A DNA stretch of 60,138 nucleotides, filler included, from Stramenopiles sp. TOSAG23-6 (taxonomy: Eukaryota), in assembly GCA_900128565.1 (NCBI GenBank). It is 13 parts of 13 records of this genome, joined end to end, with 100 filler letters (N's around TTAATTAATTAA, not from the genome) between each part and the next. Parts side by side here need not be neighbours in the genome. Positions count along the whole stretch, not along the records: positions 46,383 to 50,904 come from LT637146.1; positions 51,005 to 55,524 come from LT637147.1; positions 55,625 to 60,138 come from LT637148.1; 10 more parts are not named here. The stretch is one strand, 5' to 3'. The notes below the pieces were generated by a model. It made no database searches and was not told where the DNA came from. It was given only the letters and a program-made list of their open reading frames with translations. Made by a program: the position numbers and the translations under genes. This document shows positions 46,435-56,845 of the stretch, one piece after another (the stretch's first letter is position 1; each line of letters begins with the position of its first letter).

Positions 46435-47584
46435 AAGATCCTGTCGTAGACGATCTACAGGTACCGGCGATGTTGGATTTACTACATGTGATGTATCAAC
46501 AGATGGTTTAAACATATCAAAGCGATATTTTTGCGATGATTTTTTTGAAGGGAGCATATACGAATAATTTTGTTTCTTAGCTTTTTTAGGAGCTTTCATT
46601 TTATCTTTTAATGAAATATTTTTAGCTTTTACTGAAATATTTTTAGCTTTTAATGAAATATTTTTAGCTTTATGTGTCCTTTGTGAAGAGTCAGTTGTAC
46701 CAATCTGACTTTGTTTTTGTCGTCTACCATCCTTGTAATACCAAGGAACACCAGTACCAATGGGTAAAGTATTTGGATACATGGAAACTTTTGGTATTTT
46801 TTTGTAGTCTTTCGGATTACCTATGTATTTTGGAAAAATATTTCAAAAAAAAAAACGTTAGGTACAAAATTCCGTACGAAAAAAAAATTCGATTTTTTTG
46901 TAAAAAAAAAAATAAAACATACATTTTTATCGGAATATTCCGACCATCATTTAATCGACTGCTTCGTACCATACCTACTTTTTTATTGCGTATATTCTCT
47001 ACTTTCATCCATGTCTGTGATGGAGCTTCTTTTGTAGGCGTTAATAATCTTGAAGAAAAACGCGACGGAACTCTTTTTGTACTAGAACCGTGGTCAACAT
47101 GTGAAGTATTTGGACGCCTACTCTTTAATTTTGACTTCTTTTCTCCAAGTCGAATCATGTGTTGTTGATATCGAGATAATGGTAATGATGTATCGTATAC
47201 ATTTTGTATCTTTTTTGTTGAACTCATCTGGGAAGTGGGAGGTTGGTAACCAGTGACACACATATCCACAGACGTTGTATCACTTAGGGGTGAAAATCGA
47301 CTGGCTGTGACAGATGCAGTATGGGGTCGTAAATGTTGTGTCTCGTCCACTAAAGTAGGACTTAATGGACTATTTCGACTATATTTAGCTGTAAAATTAT
47401 CGTATTTTTGTATGTCGTCAGTTGGGCTTTGGTTAGGCTTACGATTCACGGGATGGGTTGGAGACGTCTTAGTCACCGGAGACGACTCAACCACCGTTGT
47501 CAGCAACTTTGTAAGATCAACTTTGATTTTCGTTGTACATGGCTTCTGGTACCGACTAAGAGTCATTTGTGTAAATACGTACAA
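46435..47584 (-). CDS. Hypothetical S/T/K/P-rich protein; exons 47584-46923, 46822-46435
   Basis: GT-AT intron 46922-46823 joins two track ORFs in phase 2. Confidence 0.6.
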
Positions 47585-47913
47585 TTAGAAGTTTTTCTAT
47601 TTAGTGCCTTGTTTACACTTTTTACTATCCAGTAAAAAATAAATATATTGAATAAGCAATATGAGGCAGATCGGCGCGAGATCTTGTAGTAGTAGGAAAG
47701 TTCTTTTGTTTTGACCTTCAAAGATTGATGACATTGCGATTGTGTAACTGTACAATACGAATAACCCTAACCCTAGCCGGGCCGCCGCTGGCCATATTAT
47801 AGCTGGCACGTGGCACATTGCTAAAAGCCTATAAACCGCAAGTGTTTGTATTCGCTTCAACATTTCTCGAAATTTACGACGACAACTGTGATTACATTGA
47901 ACACCACAATAAA

Positions 47914-48189
47914 ATGTGGAACCGTTTACCTTTAACAGCAAATAGTGCAACTACCGCGGCCATGCGTGGTAAATTTAATAAGAGTATGCGTAGATGGAGT
48001 GATAAAGCAATGAGTGGGAAAAAGGGTAACTTGCAATACCACCGAGGAAAAGGTGTGCCAAGTGAGGGTAGAGTAAGTAATAAGGGACGCTTTGTCGTAG
48101 ATTGGAGGAAGCGCATTAACCTACTTGTACCATCATTAGAAGGAAATATGCTCAAGGCATATGTTGATCCAATGACGCCAAAGGTATAA
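47914..48189 (+). CDS. MRPL41: Mitochondrial ribosomal protein mL41
   Basis: SGKKGNLQYHRGKG...GRVSNKGRFVVD...VPSL...LKAYV. Confidence 0.85.
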   Translation: MWNRLPLTANSATTAAMRGKFNKSMRRWSDKAMSGKKGNLQYHRGKGVPSEGRVSNKGRFVVDWRKRINLLVPSLEGNMLKAYVDPMTPKV

Positions 48190-48372
48190 CTATCTTATCT
48201 TATCTTGACTATATTCAACTTTCATGTCCTTTTTCTAGTTTTATTTATATAAAGCTCAGTTGCTCAGTGAGTACCTCGAGCTACGTGATATGGTGTTTTA
48301 TTACAATGTCAGTAATGAAAAAACATATTTGAAATCCAATAAATTGCCATTTTTATTATTTTCTCTTGTATA

Positions 48373-49449
48373 CTAAAAATGAATTTCACAAATAAAAACA
48401 GCACACCAAGCAACCATGACAAACGTGAACAGCGTCAATATTTGAAGTAAAATAAACAAACAAAAAGCTTTACATCCTGAAGCATCCACATCTTCTAATA
48501 TTGTATAGGGCCAAAATCCCGTAACAGCTTTATTCACATGTAATACTGACAAGTATACTATTGCATATACCGCAGTTGACATTAAAAGAGTCAAAGTTTT
48601 TGGCATTCGCTCAACTAAAGAGATTCGATCTTTCACCAATAAAATGTCAACAAAAGCTAAAATTAAAGGCGGCCGATGTACAACATCATCAAACCACTTG
48701 ACATCCCAACCACGTGGTAACCATAAGTTATAATTTTCAATATTCTCTTTCCTTGGAGCGACTAACTTGTAGAACTGAATAGTGACAAACGTGCCGAGCC
48801 CAGCTGTGAAAACCGCCGAAGCATAAGTAGATGAAACGAAATTAGATGTAACTTCATGGCTTAAAGGAATCCAACCTACTAAAGATAACTCAGCAATTGC
48901 CGAAAACACAGTGTGAACAAGCTGCAAAGTACCATTATTCCTTGTCAAATATATGAAAGGTCCAAAAAGTGTCATGCAAGTAAATGATGGGTCGGTGTCG
49001 AGGTGTCCAGGATAGCCAACATTTTGAACATAAAGTATGTAAAGACATGCACATAAAGATATTACACTCACAATTGCACGAAATTTACTTGGAGTTGGTA
49101 AGTTATATTCTTCTTGGTCCCAGTTTGCAAGTGTAGACGTGACTAAGAATACAATTGGAAAGTACAGAAAAGTGACACCTAAACCAACTTTTTTAGTCCA
49201 CGTGTGCATTTTTTTCTCTCTCTCATTTAACCCAACCCAACCAAAATATCGAGGACCACAACATATAGTACTCGTACTTGGTTTATAATCAGTATATTGT
49301 TGCTTTAAAACTTCCCTTGCCGATATGGTAGAACGACGACGAAGTTTTAATGGTGTCTCTGGCAGGCACCATTTCTCGTGCGATTGTCTACGGGCACGTT
49401 TACTTTTTTTTTGCGAATCAGAGCTTTCTCTACGACGCATACTTATCAA
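48373..49449 (-). CDS. Multi-pass membrane protein, FAR-17a/AIG1-like
   Basis: Several TM helices; FIYLT, VVHRPP and FWPYTIL resemble the family Thr/His motifs. Confidence 0.6.
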   Translation of the reverse strand: MISMRRRESSDSQKKSKRARRQSHEKWCLPETPLKLRRRSTISAREVLKQQYTDYKPSTSTICCGPRYFGWVGLNEREKKMHTWTKKVGLGVTFLYFPIVFLVTSTLANWDQEEYNLPTPSKFRAIVSVISLCACLYILYVQNVGYPGHLDTDPSFTCMTLFGPFIYLTRNNGTLQLVHTVFSAIAELSLVGWIPLSHEVTSNFVSSTYASAVFTAGLGTFVTIQFYKLVAPRKENIENYNLWLPRGWDVKWFDDVVHRPPLILAFVDILLVKDRISLVERMPKTLTLLMSTAVYAIVYLSVLHVNKAVTGFWPYTILEDVDASGCKAFCLFILLQILTLFTFVMVAWCAVFICEIHF

Positions 49450-50121
49450 ACTGTTATAATAGACCCTAAAATGGATAATCTATGGTACTAAACCGATTGA
49501 AATCCAAATAATCTAAATCGTAACCACTTCGATACAGAGAGTAGAGGATTCTTAGAAATCGCTATGCCTACTACGGTATAGACTCGTGTATACGTAACGT
49601 AGTAGTGATCAATACAAATCATGACGTATACAAATCATCGTATACAAAATTGCGCCAAAATTCCGCCAAAATTGCCCTCCCTAACCCTAACCCTACGTAT
49701 ACCCCAAGAGGTTTTTTTTTTGCATAGAATTAAAAAATTGCACAAAAAACTTTTTACATTATAAAATATTCTTCAACACTAAAACTTTTTAGATTAAAAA
49801 AATGACCAATAAGCCAATGTGACTAACTATTGATACACTGATACATTGTCCATCTGTACTACCACCAAAACCTTTTTATTAATTCGAAAGTGTATATAAT
49901 CTTACTTGCGCAACACGCAGATCGAAAAAAAGCAGAAAAAAAAGCAGAAAAAATTATAAGTTTTTTATTAGATAAGGTATTGAACATCTTTATGTAACTT
50001 TAATTTTTCAGATTTGTCATGTAAGAACTAAAAATGTAGATAAAATGTACAATTTTCTTGAAATCTAGAATTGATAAAAGTTATATCATACACAAAAGAC
50101 TCAGAGTGTCAATTTATGAAT

Positions 50122-50904
50122 TCATGACCTTGAGTTCATCTTTTCTGCTGCATAAAGTTTTTTTAAAATATCCTTGTCAATGTTTGTATCATTTACACAA
50201 GATGCAATTTTACGATGCACCTCTGATATTATACGGTCACTGTCCGTTCCATTATTACCTAAACCAGTGACTTCAAGTAAAGTTTCTAGGTCATGAGCAG
50301 CAGAAGATACAACAGCAGAAGCAACGCTATCTGCAACATTTTGTTTTAATTCTATTGTATCAGATGAGCACAAATCGTTACCACTTGGCAAATTCGAATT
50401 TGATTTGTTTTTTTTTGTATTTAATTTTGTACCTGACAAACTTTGAATTTGTTGACTCTCATCCGATAGAGTGTTCCCAAGATTGGTATTTTTGCTTGTA
50501 TTCTTTGTCGATGATGAAGAATTCTCCAATCTTTGTCCGACTGCTGCTATTGCTAGAATATTGAGAACTTCTGCCAATTCAGATGGTTCTCTTGAAGAAT
50601 CAATTGGAAAACTTTCCTGATTCTTTCCCTGCTTCAAGTTTGACGCTGAATAACTTCGAGGACTATGAGGTGGCGATAAAACAACATTTTGTAAAAGCTC
50701 ATCAAGGACACGTCCATTACGTTCATCAACTAATCTTGACAACCCCCTAGGAGGCTTTGGAGGAAAGCAGTGAGTATTATCAATACCACTGGCACTGACA
50801 TTTAAATTTAACTCTAAGCCCAAGGCATTTAGAGCAGCTTTTTCTTGTTCTTTGCACTTTTTATGTAGTTTGCTTGTGTTAACTCTATCTGTACTTTTTC
50901 TAGA
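50122..50904 (-). CDS. 3' part of a hypothetical protein
   Basis: Open frame running from the contig edge. Confidence 0.55.
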   Translation of the reverse strand, partial: SRKSTDRVNTSKLHKKCKEQEKAALNALGLELNLNVSASGIDNTHCFPPKPPRGLSRLVDERNGRVLDELLQNVVLSPPHSPRSYSASNLKQGKNQESFPIDSSREPSELAEVLNILAIAAVGQRLENSSSSTKNTSKNTNLGNTLSDESQQIQSLSGTKLNTKKNKSNSNLPSGNDLCSSDTIELKQNVADSVASAVVSSAAHDLETLLEVTGLGNNGTDSDRIISEVHRKIASCVNDTNIDKDILKKLYAAEKMNSRS

Positions 50905-51057
50905 NNNNNNNNNNNNNNNNNNNNNNNNNNNNNNNNNNNNNNNNNNNNTTAATTAATTAANNNNNNNNNNNNNNNNNNNNNNNNNNNNNNNNNNNNNNNN
51001 NNNNAGGTACAAAATTTCGTACGAAAAAAATCGAATTTGAAAAAAAATAAAACATAC

Positions 51058-51362
51058 ATACTTCGCATAATGCTGCAAGATGATATACTAACTTTACATC
51101 TTTTGAGATTTTGGATGTGTTGTATTTTATTCTGAAAAAGTTTGGATTCATCCATATGTTTAGATGACTTCATAGTCGTATGTATTTGTTTCGTCACAAT
51201 TGGATTCGAACCAACAATACAACCAACAGTAGATTCATATACTGTGCATTTTTTAACACTTCCCCCAGAATTTTCAAAGAAAGCGACTCCAAACAAACCT
51301 CTGGCTAATAAACAAGAATCTACTGTCACAAATGCATTCGTCGCTACTGAAATACAAGTATT
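51058..51362 (-). CDS. Fragment with right-handed parallel beta-helix repeats
   Basis: [17 protein letters not shown]...[24 protein letters not shown]; ends at a family intron donor (AT|GTATGT, 51057). Confidence 0.5.
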
Positions 51363-52311
51363 TTGGAAATGTTGAGAGATGATGTTTATTCATTTAGAAA
51401 AAAACAGGCATTTTATTCTATGAATCCAAATAAGTTTCGTTGTTGTGAATTTCTTGTAAAATACCATGAAGAAAGAGGTGATAAAATTCTTGTTTTTTCA
51501 GATCGCGTGTGTATGTTTTATTTTTATCAATTTTTTGTCTAAATTTTCTTTTGGTACTAAATTTCGTACCTAACAAATTATACAAAAAAAAATATTTTTT
51601 CACAATACATTTACTCTGAAAAGATATGCTGAAAAAATGCGTAAATGCATAATTTATGGTGCAACGAGTCAAATGGAACGTTTGAGAGTGTTAGATAATT
51701 TTAGAAACAGTCCGTTAGTAAATACGCTTTTTATATCAAAAGTTGGTGATGTCGCAATAGATTTACCAGAAGCTACTGTGATTATACAAATTTCAAGTCA
51801 TTTTGGATCTCGGCGTCAAGAAGCACAAAGATTAGGTCGAATATTACGACCAAAACCTGGAATGACTGCGGGGTTTAATGCTTTTTTTTATACGCTTATT
51901 TCAATAGACACGCCTGAAATGTACTATAGTAATAAACGTCAGCAATATTTAGTTGAACAAGGTTATACATTTAAAGTTGTAGCTAATCTCTTAGAAACGA
52001 CTGGTTTTAAATCTACTTATATTCCTTCTGTAAAAGAGGAATTGGATGTTTTGGAGAGTGTCCTTAATGCTGCCGTTGATAGAGAAATGGACGAAGAAGA
52101 TGGCATTGTAAAGAATCTTAATAGTGATGCTCTTCCCGCAAGACGTGCTCGTAGAAGTATGGCCGCTTTATCCGGTGCGTCGGGAACTAGTTATATGGAA
52201 TATAATTCGGCTCATGGCGGGCCTCAAAAGAAAGCGAAACGGGTGAATAAACATAACCGATTAGCTAAATTGAAGAAACAATTTAAGGGTTCCACTCATA
52301 TGAGAGAATAA
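51363..52311 (+). CDS. ERCC3: TFIIH helicase XPB, C-terminal part; exons ~51363-51510, 51611-52311
   Basis: [37 protein letters not shown]...[15 protein letters not shown]...[15 protein letters not shown]. Confidence 0.93.
51511..51610 (+). other. Non-canonical GT-AT intron in XPB (100 nt)
   Basis: GTGT|GTATGT...TACCTAAC...CACAATACAT|TTACT restores DRV-F-TLKRYA; the first AG after the branch motif (51623) gives a frameshift and stop. Confidence 0.88.
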
Positions 52312-52440
52312 AATAAAAATGGAGAGAATTTTGTGATGATTGTAAAAGTTTTAATGTTTCAAAAAAAACTATATCTATAAAATAATGTATACCAATAATT
52401 GACTATGGAATATCACTATTGTAAAATTTGTAGATTCTAT

Positions 52441-55400
52441 TCATCTTCTAGCAAGTAAACTTTTATCCGTAACTGAAGGATCGTGAGCTGTCCTTGCATA
52501 TTTTGTAACGGAATGAAATTGTGTAGAATTTTCATCGCGTCGCAGAGCGGATTGAGGCATTGCTAAAGGACCACTCACACCATGACCACTCATGAGACCT
52601 AAGAGAAGTTTATTTCCATTCACGCCAAATTCAATATCATCCCGCAACGCTTTGACACGAATTACACGATTACGGAAATTATTATGATTTCCTCTATTAT
52701 TACAGTGTAAACCACCTTTTATAGAAATAAGGGCTGTTCCTGAGAGCTGTGTGAGAAGTTCAAGAAATACAGAATGTGTTGGTAATGCCATTTGTAATTC
52801 ACGACAAAGTTGTTTAAATATTTGACTCAATGCGCCAAGTCTTATAGATGATGATGTTGATTTTTCACAACAACCAAAACAAGCGCATAATAGAACTTGA
52901 GCTTGTTTTGGCAAATTTTGTACTGCTGTTGCTACTGTACTAAAAAAAATATTTAAAAAAAATTGTTAGGTACAAAATTTCGTACGAAAAAAAAATATTA
53001 AAAAAAAAAAAAAAAACATACCTTGAGATCCAAAAGATTTTCTAAGTTCCTTTGACATATGTCCAAGACCAACTAAAGGTTTTATTTTGTTCTTTTGATT
53101 AGCCATTGAACTCTTCCGATTTGCTATATGTTTGTAATGCGCTGACTCAATAGCAGACCTACAAGCGTCTAATGCTTTGCGAGCATTTATTGTTAAAAAA
53201 AAATGTCGGATTCGAAATTTGTTAGGTATATTTCTACATTTGGATTTTCTATTAAAAAAAAAATTTAGATTCCAATTGGGTAGGTACGAAATTTCGTACT
53301 AAAAAAAAATTGGAATTTGAAAAGAAAAAACATACATCACCTGTGCTGGAGGCGACACGTCTAGCACACAACTCAATTGCTTTAGAGTCACAGATTAAAG
53401 CATTTGCCACGACCTGAGACTGGGATGTATCTAAATTTACCTTTTGACCATTAGAATTGTCCGTGGTTAGCATACTCAACCTTTCTTGTAGAATTGCAGT
53501 AAGCTGATTTGTATTATAAGGTGAAAATACGATAATTTGTGGTTCTCTATTAAGCCTTCGGAGCCGAGGTAAAAATCGTTCTGTTAAATCAACAGCATTT
53601 GCTATTCCAATCACAACAAGTGATGAATATCTTGTCTTTGGCCATTCAAATAATTCATATAAAGTTTCTTTGTTTGAAAGTTGAATTAAATAATCAACTT
53701 CATCTACAATTAATACTGTCATTTTCTGTTTCGAGGAGATTCGTTTTTTCGGTGCATTAAATCGTTTTTCTATTTCTGCTTTGCAACGTTTTTCGACATC
53801 TTCAGCACTTCCTGACATTTCTAAACCACCAGGGTGATTCGAATGATTAAATTTTTTTCGCCATATTGTTGAAAAAATACTTTTATTACGTGCGAGAGAC
53901 ATACCATTTAAATGTATGACGTCAAAGTTACGAGGTATTACACGATTAGACGCTGATTTGTCTCCTTTAGTCTGTCTTGCTTTACAGCTGGATTGCCAAG
54001 CACGAATTTCTTTGACTACATTGGAAACACACATCGATTTTCCAGTACCAGGTAAACCACAGATGTATAAACTATTTCCAACGCCACTTCCAATGCAACC
54101 TCCCAGAAAATTCCGTATTAAACTTAGCTCCTTTTGCCGACCAATCAATTTTATACCAGACTGTCCTGAAGATGTGTGAAATGCAGATAAATTAAATCCT
54201 GGTTTTACAATAGATTTCTTTACTGTTGACATTAAGGTCTCTGAAGACGCTACGGATGACTTTTGAATATTTTGAACGTTTTGAACTTTTCTATTTTTTT
54301 CAATTTCATTAGGATGTATTGCAATTGTATTTGAAATGTTTTTCAATGAATGATCATCAGAACTTTTTATAACAGGTCTATTTTGTACTTTATTTTGTAC
54401 TTGATTTGTTTTATTTTCGATAGTTTCATCAGTAGTTAAACAACCTTCTGCATCTAAATTCATAGCTATTCTAGAAGTAGATTCGAATGATTCACGAACT
54501 CGCTTCTTTTTATTAAAACGTGAATCTTCCTTTGGCTGGGTTCGTTTTATAACACGACTTCTTCTATTTGATATCGATGTATTTTTCTCTGTTTTATCGT
54601 TAGTTGAAACTTCTGGGTTTTCTGAGTTAGGGTTAGGAATAGTACTAAAAGTATAACATTCCATGCATACATCGTAATCACAGTTTTCGTCCTTACAGTA
54701 GTATCTTTGTTTGTTAAACTCCTTGTCACATACATCACAAAAATATACATAATTTTCGTCATGCATAAAATATAAGGGATGTTTATGTCTATTATTTTTC
54801 TTTGCACTACTGCGTGAACGACTCTTTGAAGAACTTAGTCCAGTTCTTGGTGTTTTTTGTATCTTTGAAGAACTTAGTCCACTTCTTGGTGTTTTTTGTA
54901 TTGGTGCTTTTTGTTTTTGTTTTGGGGATTGTTTTTTATGTTTTTTTCGTTTCGGAGATGACTCTTCTTTTCTAATTGAAGAAGATCGTTTTCGTTTTTT
55001 TGTAATCTTCTTCAAATTAGGGTTAGGATTTTCCTCTGTAATTGAAGAAGATCGTTTTCGTTTTCTTGTAATCTTCTTCACATTTGATTTAGTATTCTGC
55101 ATTGAGCTGATCTTTCCAGTAGGTGTTTTACTCACTGCGGAAATCACTGCGGAATCAAAACAATCCATACAAAGATCGAAATCATCACATTCTATACAAT
55201 GATTGCGTTGATCTTTGGCGTCGCTCTTACAATAATCACATTCGAATTCATAACCATCATTAAAAATATACTTGAGCGGATGAGGATGTATTGAAACGGT
55301 TTTCATACCACTTTGCTTTGTAGTAGATCCTTGTTGTCGTCTTCGTGGAGTCTTTTTCGAATTCATTGACACTCGCGTTATATCTTTCTTTGTTGAAGAT

Positions 55401-55524
55401 TTAGAACTTTGCTTACTTTGTTTTCTACCAGTAACTGTTTTTTTAGTACTTTTTGGAGTTGATTTTTTAGTACTTTTTGGAATTGATTTTTTAGTACTTT
55501 TTGGAATTGATTTTTTAGTACTTT
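52441..55524 (-). CDS. CDC6: CDC6-type AAA+ replication initiator with two N-terminal ZZ/DC1-like zinc fingers; exons >55524-53336, 53184-53022, 52934-52441
   Basis: SLYICGLPGTGKS, VLIVDEVDYL, IGIANAVDLTERFLPRL, STGD|ARKALDACR, LPKQAQ. Confidence 0.88.
53185..53335 (-). other. Non-canonical GT-AT intron in CDC6 (151 nt)
   Basis: GAT|GTATGT...AACAATAAAT|GCT restores GD-ARKALD; the next AG leads to CAT TAG stop. Confidence 0.85.
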
Positions 55525-55679
55525 NNNNNNNNNNNNNNNNNNNNNNNNNNNNNNNNNNNNNNNNNNNNTTAATTAATTAANNNNNNNNNNNNNNNNNNNN
55601 NNNNNNNNNNNNNNNNNNNNNNNNGGTACAAAATTTCGTACGAAAAAAAATTCGAATTTGAAAAAAAAATAAAACATAC

Positions 55680-56577
55680 ATGCCGTATCAGGATGTGTAA
55701 GCCCTAGATTTTGTTCCGTGATTTTTAAAGCTTTAGTTAGAACAGGGACAGCTTTTTCATATTGAAGTTCACTTATATAGAGATTTCCTAATTTACGTAG
55801 AGTCAAAGAAATTCCATTGTGCTGCTTTCCTAGTATTTCTTCTTTCATATGCAAAGTTTTTTTTAAATTTAAAATACTGATTTCGCTCTCATTTTTTGGT
55901 ATCTCTGATGTCTCAATTTCTGTGACCAATGGAACTAAATCGACCGGATATCCATGACGCATCGATGGTTTACTCGAGTCATCTTCCCTTTCATCATCAC
56001 TTAATAAGATCATGTCCGCTTTAGTTTCTTTGAGTACCATATTTTTTAAAGCATCTGGATGTAGCGTACTATTTACAAACTTTTCTCTATTGAGTACAGC
56101 CTCAACGGCAGTTTCCGACATCATTGTATCTATTGATTTTTCCCATCGATTTAATACTCCAATGATATCACTTTGATTCATTTGTTTTGCGACTTCTATT
56201 GGTTTTTGTCCTTTGGAATTAGTTAAAGTTGGGTCGGCCGAATGGCTCAATAATAACCCCACCAGTACTTTTGTGCCCCAGCCTGCGGCAAAATGCAATG
56301 CTGAATTTCCACCCCAATCTACCCTATTTATCATATTGTCAGTAGTTGCTAAAGAAATTAATAAGTTTGACATTTCAGTGTGACCATATTTACATGCCCA
56401 ATGAAGACTCGTTCGTCCGTACTCATCGTCACAAAGACAATCGTCATATCCAGGACGCCGAAGAAGGACTTTCATTCTGTCTAGTTTTCCATGCCGTGCA
56501 GCATACCACTGCTTCCAAATGTTTGCGACTGTATCTGGCCCACCCTCGAGTTTATGAGGGCCAACATGGGTCGTCAT
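55680..56577 (-). CDS. Ankyrin-repeat plus TPR (kinesin-light-chain-like) protein, 3'-truncated
   Basis: GRTSLHWACKYGH, GNSALHFAAGWG; EEILGKQHNGISLTLRKLGNLY...LGLTHPDTA. Confidence 0.85.
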
Positions 56578-56845
56578 CTTCCAGCTTATTTTTCACAAAT
56601 TTGTGCTGAAATTCATAAGACTGCTATACTAACTTGTTTTCTTTTGAAACTGTAAAAACTGTCATATCGGATATATTTGGACGCATATAGGGTTAGGGTT
56701 AGTCGTGTTTGATATGCTCTTCCCACAACTATACTTTTATTATTATCAGACTAATCTTGAGATCATCAATCTCTATTGTTCACTGTAGTAACACAATTTA
56801 TCACCAAAGTTGCACTTTGTTTACAAAGCAGTAGAAGTGCAAAAT

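Noticed and set aside
4544-55624. Periodic ~4.6 kb TTAATTAATTAA motif and gene-neighbourhood inferences across it
   Set aside because: Synthetic spacer between size-sorted contigs; genes on different contigs are not linked.
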